From IMG/VR virus record IMGVR_UViG_3300016476_000342, positions 1 through 49,509 of that record: a DNA stretch of 49,509 bases; one strand, 5' to 3'. The notes under the pieces were generated by a model, which did not search any database, had not been told where the DNA came from, and saw only the letters and a program-made list of their open reading frames with translations. This DNA is from a virus (Duplodnaviria > Caudoviricetes). Shown here piece after piece: positions 20,350-31,187 of this stretch. Position numbers and translations under genes: made by a program. Each line of letters starts with the position of its first letter. Positions within the stretch are counted from its first letter, which is position 1.

Positions 20350-22998
20350 TTACTCTAAAATTTGGTATTCTTCTTGTGTTATATACGACGAACCGTAATA
20401 TGTTGCGGTTTCCATCGTTAAAGAAGAAACTAAAGAATCTAATTGTATGTTATTATTTATTTCTTCTTTGCCAAACACTTTAAATCCGCTTGTGTGTAAG
20501 TACTTCTTAAGAAGATTGGCGTATTCTTCAAGTTTCATATCCGTCTTTACTACGTAAGAGTAGTATTGATAGTAATCATTGTCATGAATGTATATCTTAT
20601 CATTTAAAAATGAAGAGTTATCTCTGAATACTGAACTATATGAGGTAACAGGACCTACTTTAAAACGCAGTATCATATTATCTATGATTTGCGGAGTTGT
20701 GTCAGTGTATTCTCCAGCACCAGTATAACCAAAATTAATCTGGTGTGAATCTCTTTTTACGACATAGTCGTATGCATACGCAGTACTCCAAGTTGTACCA
20801 CTAGTAGGATTTGAAAACGCAAAGTTATAAACAGAGAATGAAACAAACTCTTTAAATCCTAGATTACTTTCTTCTATATTTATTCCAGTAGAAGTCACAT
20901 TGCAGATGCCATCTGGATCCTCAACGTTTTCTATAGTGCTTGGTTTTACATATACTGTAAAATCTTTTGTGTATCCATAGCTATGCTGTAAAAATTCAAC
21001 TGATTTTACTTTTTCTTTTTCAATTACTAAATTGACCTTAGAAGAATAGTGACCTAAGTTTTCAAATTGAATTGGAGACTTTGCCTTCCAGTCTTGTAAT
21101 GAATGACATAATTGAATCGTGTCTTTATCAATATACAACACATAGAAATACTGCCCATTATCAAGAGGCGCATATGTTGAACTTCTAGGTGTATAGAACC
21201 AAGGTCTATTATCAACGTATACAGTAGTATTAGGAGTTGATATTGGTATTTGTCTATATCCACGGATTTCACCAGTATATAGTTGCTCGGTCCAAGGATA
21301 TACTAATGGTTCATAAAATGGATCGTTATACGTAAAATCAGAATAGTTATAAAAGTCGTTTAGTATGAACCAATCCTTTGTTACAAAAACAACATCTGCT
21401 TCTGATAGGTAGTCTTCTACTTTATATCGTACTCTTGCACCTACCGTTAAATTGTGATCTCGTTTGTAGAAGGTACCTGCTATATAACCCTTTGAATTCA
21501 AATTGAATTGTCCAGCGCTTGTTTTAATGATAGTCGTTGGGTATGTAGTATCATTACCAGTGTATAAGATATTTTCAATGGGTGTTAGATTTTTATCATC
21601 TTCTCTATTCCATCTTACTCTTTGGCCATCAATAAATCCATGATTGGGAATTTTGATTGTAGATGCTTTTGCTTCACTAGATGGCCAAGTAGTATTAAGT
21701 ATGCTTGAGAAAGACATACCATAAGAAAAACCTGAATTTTTACTTGAATGTATCTTACCTTTGTAAGAAATACAGAATCCATTCTTAGTTACATTAACAG
21801 CGGTGTATAGCATATGCACTCGAATTCCAAAGGAATTTCTATTTGCATAATCTGTATAACCAGTTATTGGATCTGCCTTATAGTGTGGTACATTAAGAGG
21901 ATCAAAGAATGAAATGATATCATTTTCTTCTACTGCATGAGTACTACAATAGAAGAAACCATATTTCTCAGTAACTAGAGCCTTACATGAAACATTTGTG
22001 GTAATGTCAATAACTTGTCTAGTTGTAAAATTTAACAACTGAAACTTATATGGTGATACCACTTTTACATAGTATTTTGTGTTTACCTGTGCACCGCCAG
22101 GAGCGTGTTCAGAGAATGTTATGACATCATCATCAATGAGATTATGCTGTTTACCATCAACAAAATATAAGGTGTTATCAGACTCGCTACTAAAGAATTC
22201 TGCTGCAGGCAAGAAATTTCCTTCAAAATATCGCGATCCTATTCTTAATGGTACTTTTATTTCTTCTTTTTCCGTTTCTAAAATTCGAATTTTAGAAGTA
22301 GCACCAGATCCATATGGATCTGTAATATCTACCAATTGACCAACTTTAAACGAATCACCATTTTGCAAGATACTCATTTCAGAAATAGTTGGAATGATCT
22401 TAGCAAATATGGTTTCAGAAGCGTTATAGAAGATATCATTAATGGCAATCTCTCCAAAATAATTTGGATTGATTTCAAATTCAACGATATTAGCTGCTAA
22501 CTGCACAGCTCCAACAATTTCTAACTCAATGAACTTACCATCAGAATTTATTGTAACTCTTTCACCAATCAAATCAGTGTAATCACCTTGAATGATTTGG
22601 CATACTATAGTTGTCTTTTTATAGTACGTACTCTGCGATGGAACAAGCAAATCTTTAGAAGGATACTCTAATAAGACATCTTTATCAAACAGAATCTTGA
22701 AGAAAAATCTAAATGCTTCTTCTGTACCCTTTAATGTGTACAATTCTTTTAGGTGTCTGATTAATTTCTTGTCGTCTACGTTTTCGTGAGTATCAGAAAT
22801 GTGATATTGATTTTTTAGTCTTGCTACTAATTCATCAACGGTCTTATCGATATCAATGTTACTTAGTAGATCGTTTTTATAGTTTGTGTCTACAAATTTA
22901 TAGTATGCTTTTATGAACTCAGAGAACGTGTCATAGTCTGCCTGAATAAAATCAGGCAGTTGTTCTATAACCAAATTAGAAATATCTACTTTTTCCAT
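20350..22998 (-). CDS. Baseplate wedge protein gp7-like
   Basis: QLPDFI..DY..F..FIKAYY, KGTEE.FRFFFKILF, IHDNDYYQYYSYVVK...H.SGFKVFG; follows gp6. Confidence 0.7.
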   Translation of the reverse strand: MEKVDISNLVIEQLPDFIQADYDTFSEFIKAYYKFVDTNYKNDLLSNIDIDKTVDELVARLKNQYHISDTHENVDDKKLIRHLKELYTLKGTEEAFRFFFKILFDKDVLLEYPSKDLLVPSQSTYYKKTTIVCQIIQGDYTDLIGERVTINSDGKFIELEIVGAVQLAANIVEFEINPNYFGEIAINDIFYNASETIFAKIIPTISEMSILQNGDSFKVGQLVDITDPYGSGATSKIRILETEKEEIKVPLRIGSRYFEGNFLPAAEFFSSESDNTLYFVDGKQHNLIDDDVITFSEHAPGGAQVNTKYYVKVVSPYKFQLLNFTTRQVIDITTNVSCKALVTEKYGFFYCSTHAVEENDIISFFDPLNVPHYKADPITGYTDYANRNSFGIRVHMLYTAVNVTKNGFCISYKGKIHSSKNSGFSYGMSFSSILNTTWPSSEAKASTIKIPNHGFIDGQRVRWNREDDKNLTPIENILYTGNDTTYPTTIIKTSAGQFNLNSKGYIAGTFYKRDHNLTVGARVRYKVEDYLSEADVVFVTKDWFILNDFYNYSDFTYNDPFYEPLVYPWTEQLYTGEIRGYRQIPISTPNTTVYVDNRPWFYTPRSSTYAPLDNGQYFYVLYIDKDTIQLCHSLQDWKAKSPIQFENLGHYSSKVNLVIEKEKVKSVEFLQHSYGYTKDFTVYVKPSTIENVEDPDGICNVTSTGINIEESNLGFKEFVSFSVYNFAFSNPTSGTTWSTAYAYDYVVKRDSHQINFGYTGAGEYTDTTPQIIDNMILRFKVGPVTSYSSVFRDNSSFLNDKIYIHDNDYYQYYSYVVKTDMKLEEYANLLKKYLHTSGFKVFGKEEINNNIQLDSLVSSLTMETATYYGSSYITQEEYQILE

Positions 22999-24839
22999 TA
23001 TGATCTACTTGAAGTAAAGATATAGTTTTTACCAGATGCAGCATCAACGACTGACTTATCAGCGATAGCATTAAACGTAGAATTTTCGTAATCTATTCTA
23101 ATGATCTGATTGTAAGCAGAAACAATATCATAAGATTCTGGTTTAATTATAAATCTTAAGTATGCGTCGTTGATCAAACTTGATATGTTTAAGTTACTTA
23201 TACTAATCATTCCAGCAGAATAATCGATAGTGCCAATTGTTGGATTTATTACAACTTTTCTGTATTCGTTATCTGCAATATCAATATAGTATAGATGCAT
23301 ATTACCAGCGCCATCATCTGCTAAGTAGTATGTTTTATCACTTCCAGCAATATAGAAAGGTGATGATATTACTGCAGGTTCATCAGCAGTCTTACTATAA
23401 ATCGGTGTGATAATGTTAATCTTATACTGAGATGATACGTTGTACTTTGGTCTAATTGCTTTTCTAATTACAGGCTTGGTGACGTTATTTAAAATAGCTT
23501 CTTCTGTAACATCGATTAATCGCGACAACTTTGAGAATCTAAATACACTTTCAAACTTTCCTAAATCAGTTTGTTCGTATGATTTGATCGTATCATTTAC
23601 TAACGATAGTATAGCATCATTAGAACGACTTGTTTTATCTGGATCATAATATACTGTTACGTCTAGAGAAATGTCAATGTATTCTGGATCTGTAATTACT
23701 GGCGTTATACCGGTAGCATTTTTTGAATTTAATACTGCTGTGATAGCTTGTTTTTGTGATTGTGTTAAGAAATCACTGCCTGTTGGTTTTACACATAATA
23801 GCACTCTACCATACATTGGTGGATCATTATCTTCTCCACCCCAAACGGTTGCAGTTTCAATATAGTTGAAGTATCTATACAGAACTGATTTATAATCATT
23901 TGCAGTAATAGCTCTGTCTTGAGAACTATATGCTCTAGGCGCATTGAATTTAATACTATCAATGGATTCTTGATCTGATCCTAAAGATGATTCATATATC
24001 GTAGTTGTAATTACACTTGAACCACTTACAAGAGTTCTTCCAGTATATGCAAACGTTTTGCACCCATTTGCATCAGCTTTATTTGTAACCAAATAAGTCA
24101 TTTCAACAACGTTACCTGGAGATAGTGCTTGGCCAACAACTCCATCACCAAACTCAATTTCATAGTAACCGTCATCCACTTCTTTTACAAAATAAACCGA
24201 TGCTGTACTTGATGACCCAACATATGTATCAGCTTTTACGAATGTGGTTGTATTAGATGAACTAGAATTTTCTCTAACTGTTACTACCAATGTGTTCATG
24301 TCTACATCGGTATTTGGAATTAAGTATTTTACACCATCACCTACTGTGTAACGATAGTTTAAAATAGTTCCTTCTTTTACCTTTATATTGGTAAAGTAAT
24401 ATGCATTAGAAACTTTTGAAGCTGTAACATCTCCCATCGTATAGAAGACATATGACTTGCCATTTACTGTCGATGTGAACGGTGAATACTTTGGAATAGT
24501 TAATGTAGCTGAACCGGCACCAGCATTGATTACACTGATATTCAAAGTTGCTTCAGATGATGTTGCCGAATATGGTATGTAACCAAGTTGTTTTGCAATT
24601 GACACTACACTGTTTCGTTTAGAAGCAGAATCTAAGAACATCTCATTCAGTGCAAAGTTATTATACAATGCGTTGTAATGAGTGTTGTATGCTAGTAGGT
24701 CGACAAGAACAGATAACGCAGAACCGTCAAAGTCGTAATCACTAAACTGTGATTGACCTCTTAAGAATTCTTTAAGGTTGTTTTTGATGCCGTTAAAATC
24801 TAATTCGTTTAGATTTATCTTTTTATTTTCTAGTGCCAT
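22998..24839 (-). CDS. gp6: Baseplate wedge subunit gp6
   Basis: LDF..IK.NL..FL..Q..F.DYDF.GS...LAYNTHY, FGDGV.G, QDRAITANDY, WGGEDN.PP.YG. Confidence 0.93.
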   Translation of the reverse strand: MALENKKINLNELDFNGIKNNLKEFLRGQSQFSDYDFDGSALSVLVDLLAYNTHYNALYNNFALNEMFLDSASKRNSVVSIAKQLGYIPYSATSSEATLNISVINAGAGSATLTIPKYSPFTSTVNGKSYVFYTMGDVTASKVSNAYYFTNIKVKEGTILNYRYTVGDGVKYLIPNTDVDMNTLVVTVRENSSSSNTTTFVKADTYVGSSSTASVYFVKEVDDGYYEIEFGDGVVGQALSPGNVVEMTYLVTNKADANGCKTFAYTGRTLVSGSSVITTTIYESSLGSDQESIDSIKFNAPRAYSSQDRAITANDYKSVLYRYFNYIETATVWGGEDNDPPMYGRVLLCVKPTGSDFLTQSQKQAITAVLNSKNATGITPVITDPEYIDISLDVTVYYDPDKTSRSNDAILSLVNDTIKSYEQTDLGKFESVFRFSKLSRLIDVTEEAILNNVTKPVIRKAIRPKYNVSSQYKINIITPIYSKTADEPAVISSPFYIAGSDKTYYLADDGAGNMHLYYIDIADNEYRKVVINPTIGTIDYSAGMISISNLNISSLINDAYLRFIIKPESYDIVSAYNQIIRIDYENSTFNAIADKSVVDAASGKNYIFTSSRS

Positions 24840-25453
24840 TATCGTGTTCTTTCTAGAAGAATAGTAACGCTAAGAGGTGTTTCTGTGTTAACAATAGTGA
24901 ATTCTACTTTTACATAGTAGGAATTGTTATCAGGACTTGGTTTAGCTTTTACTTCTATGAGTCTTACTCTTGGTTCAAAGTTTGTGATAGCCTGTGCAAT
25001 CGTTTGTTCAATTCTACGTGTTGTGAATGGTGTTATGAGTTCAAACAGCATGTTTCTTAACTGTGAACCTAAGGCCGAGTTGAAAGGTCTTTCGTAGTTT
25101 ACAGTTAGCACAATATTTCTAATAGAAGCTTTAATTGCTTCATCATCATACTTTCTACTAACGTCACCTGGAGAATTAAACATAAAAGCACTATTGCTTA
25201 CTGCAACAGTTGCGTTATTATATAGAGTCACTTGAGTTGCAGAAGTAACACTCTTAATTTTTCCAATGAATGTACTTCCAACATATAGATTTTTGTATAG
25301 GTACGAGTTATCAAAGATAGTATTTGTACCTGTAACAGTAGTCGTATTAGTTGCTGTTGTGATGGTTCCAATACCAGACACCTTCTCAGTTGCAATTGGA
25401 GAAGGTATGAAGTTTAAGTCTATATCGGAAAAGGTTCTGGTATTTCTTGCCAT
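24839..25453 (-). CDS. gp25: Baseplate wedge subunit gp25 with an inserted beta-domain
   Basis: FSDIDLNF, AIK.SIRN.V.T...ERPF...GS, FEPRV, LERTR; about 70 aa longer than usual. Confidence 0.9.
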   Translation of the reverse strand: MARNTRTFSDIDLNFIPSPIATEKVSGIGTITTATNTTTVTGTNTIFDNSYLYKNLYVGSTFIGKIKSVTSATQVTLYNNATVAVSNSAFMFNSPGDVSRKYDDEAIKASIRNIVLTVNYERPFNSALGSQLRNMLFELITPFTTRRIEQTIAQAITNFEPRVRLIEVKAKPSPDNNSYYVKVEFTIVNTETPLSVTILLERTR

Positions 25454-25458
25454 AAGAT

Positions 25459-25466
25459 TATTTATT
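25459..25466 (-). promoter_or_regulatory. Late promoter variant AATAAATA
   Basis: Ends 6 nt from the gp25 ATG. Confidence 0.5.
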
Positions 25467-25471
25467 CTAAT

Positions 25472-27994
25472 TTAAGCAATGTAAACAAATTTACCTTCAC
25501 TTCCAGGAACTTTAGAATGGTTGTTCATGGTAAATGCTGATAGCGGATGTTTTTCGTTATAATCAAAAGCAACGTGAATCCAAACGGTCTTTGGACCTTG
25601 ATACTCTAAAATCAACTGACGATAAGGTATAACTTTTTGAATCTTTTGGATTGCTTCCCAATGACCTTTTCTGTCTAGGTTAGGAATAACAATGTCAGCT
25701 GCTTTACCTAAGTAGTGATCAGATTTTGGACTTGAATTTGGAGCATCTGAAGGTCTTCTGAATCCAGACGTTATAGTCATATTAGGGTACATATCATATA
25801 TGACATCAAGACAGTTTTCGGCCAATCCTTTTAAGTTACATACAATTTCTTGTACAGAAGCACCTTGTTGTGCTACGATTGCTCGTGCACCATTTTTATT
25901 CAATGCACCAAGTTTAAACTTCTTAGATAGTACAAACGTAGGATCAAACTTTTCCATCTTATAGATGACATCGCACGATGCAACCTTAGGGGTAATAGTT
26001 TGTTTAGCAGCAGTTGCTTCGTCTTTCTTTTCTCCATTATATTCTAGATCTTCTGATCTTGCAGCACCAGTATCAACCTGTTTCTGTTTATACTGTTCTG
26101 GGTTTCCATCATCAGGAGTTTCATAGTTATACCCAGAACTTGCTGAACGGCCAGTGACTCTTAGTTCACTAAACTCTGGCATTTCAGGAGATTGCTTTGC
26201 TGATGGTGAACCAAGGTTAGCTCCATTAGCAGAAGAAGAAAATCCTTCTTGTATTCTCGTTTGTGCACCATCAGCAGCAACGATTCCGGAAGCTCTAAGG
26301 CTAACATTTCCTCCTCCTGCCTGAGTGTTTAGATCACCTGCAGAAAGAATGTCAATGTTACCACCTGTAGATTCGAGTGATATAGACTTTGCTGCTAATT
26401 TAAAATCCTCGGCAACCGACATCTGCATACTGCCTGATACGTTTACCTTAGCATCATTATAGATGTTAACTGTGGTAGCACCTGAAACTTCTAGGTTAAG
26501 TGTGTTACCAACCTTAACGTTATATGCACCATCAATCGTTACGTTGCACGAACCATTGATTTTTACATAACCATTTCTTTCAAAGATTTCATATCCATCT
26601 CCAACGATTCTATTGATCTGAGAACCATTTGGATCCCATTCAATAAATGAACCCTTCTTATGATAGATATGAACTCTTTCAGCATTAGGTGAATCATCAA
26701 ACTCAAGTACGTGACCTGACTCAGTCTGCATTACATGGTTGAATGGATATACTGCATCATAAGGTGTACGCGGCTGATCCCATGATCCACCTCCAGCAAT
26801 AGGGATTCCCTTTAATTCACCAGCTTCTTTCTTAAATACAATAGTCTTATTAATCTCTTCATTGCGAGCCAGTCTATTCGTGTCTGGTTCATTAAAGTAC
26901 AATGGATACTTACCATTGGGATCTCTAAATCCTAAGTTATTTGAGATTGAACTCTGAATTGCTTGACCAGTTGTAGATGGATTACTTGGATTAGATTCAG
27001 CGGTGGGCACTTCATTGGACGAAGGCTGAACTTCTCCAGCCTCGTTTGGAATACCATCTGCCATGAACAGATCTTTTTCTGCTTTTCTTCTCTTGGTTAA
27101 TCCTGGTAGAGTTTGACCGCCTGCTTTATCATAAAGCATGAATGACGCTGCAGCGTCTAAGTACTTGCCAGAATTTAAGTCTGCTAATAGAGAAGACTTT
27201 GCAAAACGACCAGCACCAATATTGTATGTCAATGATGTTAATGCATCAAACATAGATTGTGTAATTGGCACTCTAACATTTCTTTTAACGGCAGCACCAG
27301 CATCTTTTTCTACGTGCGACTTAAGTTCGGCTAGCGCAACATCATATGTAATTGATTGCCCTTCTACAACGGGCTGACCATTTAGAAATGTACTTCCGAA
27401 TCCAATAGTCCATAACTTAGCGTATTTGTCCCAATAAGCATAGACCTTATCACCGATTTTAGCTTGTTTGGTAGAAGTTGAACTAGAAGAAAAATAGCCT
27501 TCATAAAGTGTAATTATATCGTATGCTTTTTGTGAAGGTGTAAAATCAGATGCTCTCTTTGTACCCGTAGAATTACCTTCAGGTACAGTAGATTCGAATT
27601 TATTTTGGACTACAGATCCATCGCTAGTGGTGATTGCACTTGACTCTATGTTGAGATCACCATCTTGTTTAACTACAAGAGAGTCAGAATCTCTTGCAGT
27701 AATATCACTTGTGTTATGTGGAATACCACCTAATGTTCCGATGATGATCGGCTGTTGCTCATCATCATCTCTGAATAATACAACAACCCATGTACCTTCA
27801 ACAGGTCCTAAAGGACTTGTTCCAATTCCAGACATCGCAGCAGACGTAATAGGCTGCATTGGATATGCCCAAGGCAAATCTGCTGTTGGAAGAATAGTTT
27901 TGTCATGTGTGTGCAGTCCAACTACTCTTACTTGGCATCTACCAAGTTTTAGAGGGTCATATCTGTTTTCAACTACTCCAGTATAAAGTTGCAT
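25472..27994 (-). CDS. gp5: Baseplate hub spike gp5: OB-fold, GH24 lysozyme, beta-helix, C-terminal peptidase M15
   Basis: GVVE.R.DPLKLGR..VRV.G.H; WTIGFG...FDAL.S..YN.G...GL.KRR.AE; TESGH..EFDD.P..ER; SGFRR...SDH..GKAAD...WIHV. Confidence 0.92.
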   Translation of the reverse strand: MQLYTGVVENRYDPLKLGRCQVRVVGLHTHDKTILPTADLPWAYPMQPITSAAMSGIGTSPLGPVEGTWVVVLFRDDDEQQPIIIGTLGGIPHNTSDITARDSDSLVVKQDGDLNIESSAITTSDGSVVQNKFESTVPEGNSTGTKRASDFTPSQKAYDIITLYEGYFSSSSTSTKQAKIGDKVYAYWDKYAKLWTIGFGSTFLNGQPVVEGQSITYDVALAELKSHVEKDAGAAVKRNVRVPITQSMFDALTSLTYNIGAGRFAKSSLLADLNSGKYLDAAASFMLYDKAGGQTLPGLTKRRKAEKDLFMADGIPNEAGEVQPSSNEVPTAESNPSNPSTTGQAIQSSISNNLGFRDPNGKYPLYFNEPDTNRLARNEEINKTIVFKKEAGELKGIPIAGGGSWDQPRTPYDAVYPFNHVMQTESGHVLEFDDSPNAERVHIYHKKGSFIEWDPNGSQINRIVGDGYEIFERNGYVKINGSCNVTIDGAYNVKVGNTLNLEVSGATTVNIYNDAKVNVSGSMQMSVAEDFKLAAKSISLESTGGNIDILSAGDLNTQAGGGNVSLRASGIVAADGAQTRIQEGFSSSANGANLGSPSAKQSPEMPEFSELRVTGRSASSGYNYETPDDGNPEQYKQKQVDTGAARSEDLEYNGEKKDEATAAKQTITPKVASCDVIYKMEKFDPTFVLSKKFKLGALNKNGARAIVAQQGASVQEIVCNLKGLAENCLDVIYDMYPNMTITSGFRRPSDAPNSSPKSDHYLGKAADIVIPNLDRKGHWEAIQKIQKVIPYRQLILEYQGPKTVWIHVAFDYNEKHPLSAFTMNNHSKVPGSEGKFVYIA

Positions 27995-29301
27995 TAAACT
28001 TCTCCAAATTTAGCAATGTTGCCAATGAACGTGTCTTTGATTAATTCCATTACACACTCATGACGTTCTTTGTCAATTGCATGATGTATCGCGGCAATAA
28101 GATACTTTCCTGACAAAAATTTATCCTTGGTTGCATCAGTTACTTCTGTAATAGATTCTGCCTGATTAATGTCAAGTTCAACAACCATGCCAACAGTATA
28201 GTCTGTTCTACCTGGAACAGTTATCTTTACTTTGTGGTTTTCTATCTGTAAGATTCTGTAAAGACGTTTTTGTAAGCTATTGTTGTTAGAAACGTCGCCA
28301 AAATTATCGTAAAGACCATAGTGTATTTCCTTGGTCATGACAACAGATTCTGGTCTTGTTAAAGTATAAGATACGTTTCTGTTTGTCACTGGATACTTAT
28401 TTAAGTGCACTTCATTATCAAAATTGTCTAAGTAGTCAAACTTATTCACTCTGTATCGCTTGGTAACTAAGTCATGGCTTATGAGCACTGATCCAAACGC
28501 ACCAGATTTTAGTTTATCTAAGGAGTCAACTACAACTGGAACGGTCAACTCGTTGATTCTTTGATAGTCTCTTTCAATATTTCTGTATGATGAATTGATT
28601 TTACTATTAGGATCATGATCTCGTGATGAAGAGTTATAGTTGAATACTTGGCTTGCAGCAGCTGCTGACAGTGTTTCAAGTGAGACAAAGTTAAACCCTG
28701 CTCTATTTTCAAAGAAAACAAACGACGCTGAATCTCTATTACTTACTGCTTGGTTTGCCAAGTAATTAAAGTTTTTGCTTGGTGACCAAAAGTTAGACGT
28801 GTACTTAGTGTTGTTTTTGGTTTCTTCAATTAGACCTATTCTTTCTGTACCTAAACCATCAGCTCCCAATAGCGTTTTAACTATGTCGGATGGTTTACCA
28901 GAGTAGCTTTTACTTATAGAGTTGTTTAAATCAACTGATGCTTCCTGAGAAATAAAGTGCATTTCATACACAACATTTCTTTCAGCCTGATACACTCTAT
29001 TGCTTATCTTATAAATGTAAAAGACTTGGTCAAAAATGTCTTTGTTATCTTCAAGAGAAGGCGTAAAAACTTTAAGACTTAAGAATTCTTCTCCAACAAA
29101 TGGGAAACTATTCATTAAGTCTAAGGAATCGTTTACAACAAGACTTCCTGTAATAAACGAAGAAAACAGGTCCTCGTATATGTTTACACCTATAACTAGG
29201 TTTTGGATGTTCATAGAGGTACCACTCACCAATGAGGTGATTCTGGCATCCTTTATAACTACATCACCAGCAAATCTAAGGAAACTATCCGAAGTACTCA
29301 T
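27994..29301 (-). CDS. Baseplate hub protein (gp27-like)
   Basis: IYED.F...I.G...V.D...P..GEE, FFENR.GFNF.S, SGKYLI.AI.H; lies between gp53 and gp5. Confidence 0.7.
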   Translation of the reverse strand: MSTSDSFLRFAGDVVIKDARITSLVSGTSMNIQNLVIGVNIYEDLFSSFITGSLVVNDSLDLMNSFPFVGEEFLSLKVFTPSLEDNKDIFDQVFYIYKISNRVYQAERNVVYEMHFISQEASVDLNNSISKSYSGKPSDIVKTLLGADGLGTERIGLIEETKNNTKYTSNFWSPSKNFNYLANQAVSNRDSASFVFFENRAGFNFVSLETLSAAAASQVFNYNSSSRDHDPNSKINSSYRNIERDYQRINELTVPVVVDSLDKLKSGAFGSVLISHDLVTKRYRVNKFDYLDNFDNEVHLNKYPVTNRNVSYTLTRPESVVMTKEIHYGLYDNFGDVSNNNSLQKRLYRILQIENHKVKITVPGRTDYTVGMVVELDINQAESITEVTDATKDKFLSGKYLIAAIHHAIDKERHECVMELIKDTFIGNIAKFGEV

Positions 29302-30038
29302 TATGACAACGCTTTGTTAAATTCGTTAATAACCTGATTGATGATCTTCTTATCAATGATTTTTATTCTTCGCTTAGATTCGTTCAATCTTTCTTCATAT
29401 TCATAGTTAGTTACTGCCGTTCTAACTGTAGACAAGTTTGAAGTAACAGTACCATCTGTAGTGATGTCTATCGTTGCACCACCAACACTTGTTGATAATT
29501 CAAACGAGGTTCTAGTAGAATTTACAACATAATACGTAGTATTGATTTGAAGTGGTGATGCGTTGGTAACGGAGTAAAACACAATTGGATTATTGTCTGT
29601 TAGTCCATGATCAACTGTAGCACCAGGTCTGTATAATCTGTTGGTTGCTTGTTCAACGAGATACACTGGATCTGTAGATTCTACTGTGTACCCATCAGAA
29701 TTTTCATAGTGATGTACTGCATACACATTTGCTTCGCCGTACTTGTTAGCAACGTACTCGTTAAAGTACTTGTATGGTATTGGAAAGTCTGTTAGGTAAT
29801 CGTATCTTTCGTTAGAAAGCATAATGATCCAATGGTACTCTGGGGTACCATAGAACTTTTCCGATATAATTTCTGGTGTCTCTCCATCGATAATATCGTA
29901 TTCATCGTATAAAGAAATGTTACTTAGTACTTCTCTAACAAATCTTACGTTGACTGATATATCTTTTAGTAGTAAGAATTGGTTTTTACCGTCAATGTTA
30001 AACGGATATAAAATGTCTGGTAGTTTTTTGAAGTACAT
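29301..30038 (-). CDS. gp53: Baseplate wedge gp53 with insertion
   Basis: MYF...P, DGETPE.IS.KFYG....HWII..N, VTNYEYEE.LNE.KR.I. Confidence 0.9.
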   Translation of the reverse strand: MYFKKLPDILYPFNIDGKNQFLLLKDISVNVRFVREVLSNISLYDEYDIIDGETPEIISEKFYGTPEYHWIIMLSNERYDYLTDFPIPYKYFNEYVANKYGEANVYAVHHYENSDGYTVESTDPVYLVEQATNRLYRPGATVDHGLTDNNPIVFYSVTNASPLQINTTYYVVNSTRTSFELSTSVGGATIDITTDGTVTSNLSTVRTAVTNYEYEERLNESKRRIKIIDKKIINQVINEFNKALS

Positions 30039-31147
30039 TAGAATCCATCCAGTATCTGTTCTTTTGTAAGAATTGCAAGTTCCTTGAACACTAAGTTCAT
30101 ATTAATCTGAGTTGGTGTTCCGTCTGCAAATGTAGAGAATGCTCCGTTTGGAGTATAATCAACCGTCATTTCTTGTAAGACACATGTTGTATGTCTATGA
30201 AGATTCATATTCTCGTCTTCGCCTGCATAGTAATATATGTCAAACTCAGAAGGATATATGAATAAGAAGTTGTCCTTGTCATCATATTCAGGGTGCATGT
30301 GCAACTTGAATTGTTTAATGATGTCCATCACTTCTCTAGCTTCCTTTTCATCTCTAGGAGCAAACTGATATTCAAAGTTAAATGTTCTAAAATCAACGCC
30401 TTTGAAGATTTGTTCTTTCTTTGGGTTATATGCTAAACCACTCTGTGCACTAAGCAGATCACCTGCTGCACCTGTTGCTCCTAGTGCTAGTGCTACTGCT
30501 GCGTTTCCAGCAGAAGATGCAAAGTTTTTACCTGCACCATTTGAACCTGATTTATTATTGGCTTCTGTTGCTTTAACAATGTTTGCTGCTTCTTGTGCTA
30601 ATTGTGCTGCACCTAATAATACACCAAGATCCTGTTCTTGCCATGACACAGAGTATCTAGCCTGTAATCTTGGAGGGACGTATAAAGCAATAGCAGACTG
30701 TAATCTCTTAGTCTGTCTAGACATTTTCATATTTTGAGTCTTAGCTGCTACAGCACCAGTAGCAGCAGCTCCAACAACTGCACCAGAAACTCCAGTGGCA
30801 ACGTTTCCTATAGAACCTAAAGCACCACCGGCAATTGCAGTAGAAAAGGCGGTTGCACCAACGCTAACTGCTGTTTGATCAATATTACTTCTTAACTCGG
30901 CATTGTCATTTTCAACAGAATTCCCAAAGGTGCCTTCTTTCATTAGTTTAGAATCTTGCATGACGTTTATGTAAAACACCATGAAGTTACCGCCATACTG
31001 CCTCTTATTTGAAAATAGGTCAAGAGGATACTGCTTAGATTCCTGTTGGTACTTATTACTATTAAATCTCGTAGCAGTGTTTCTACCCTCTTTATTTCGA
31101 GTAGGTCTCTGAACGGGCGGTGTTGTATTTGTTGGTTCTGTTGCCAT
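30038..31147 (-). CDS. gp48: Baseplate tail-tube cap gp48
   Basis: NP..EQIF.G.DFR.F.F.Y.FAPR...EA, YPSEF.I, DYTPNG, F.E...LT. Confidence 0.88.
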   Translation of the reverse strand: MATEPTNTTPPVQRPTRNKEGRNTATRFNSNKYQQESKQYPLDLFSNKRQYGGNFMVFYINVMQDSKLMKEGTFGNSVENDNAELRSNIDQTAVSVGATAFSTAIAGGALGSIGNVATGVSGAVVGAAATGAVAAKTQNMKMSRQTKRLQSAIALYVPPRLQARYSVSWQEQDLGVLLGAAQLAQEAANIVKATEANNKSGSNGAGKNFASSAGNAAVALALGATGAAGDLLSAQSGLAYNPKKEQIFKGVDFRTFNFEYQFAPRDEKEAREVMDIIKQFKLHMHPEYDDKDNFLFIYPSEFDIYYYAGEDENMNLHRHTTCVLQEMTVDYTPNGAFSTFADGTPTQINMNLVFKELAILTKEQILDGF

Positions 31148-31152
31148 ATTAG

Positions 31153-31186
31153 CCTAAATAGATATAGGAGTACTTCTATATTTATC
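31153..31186. promoter_or_regulatory. Opposed late promoters for gp4 (CCTAAATA, +, 31153-31160) and gp48 (GATAAATA, -, 31179-31186)
   Basis: Both lie in the 40-bp gap between divergent genes. Confidence 0.5.
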
Positions 31187-31187
31187 A

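Noticed and set aside
19-30737. Many plus-strand Val/Pro/Leu-rich ORFs
   Set aside because: Antisense shadows of Thr/Gly/Asn-rich structural genes
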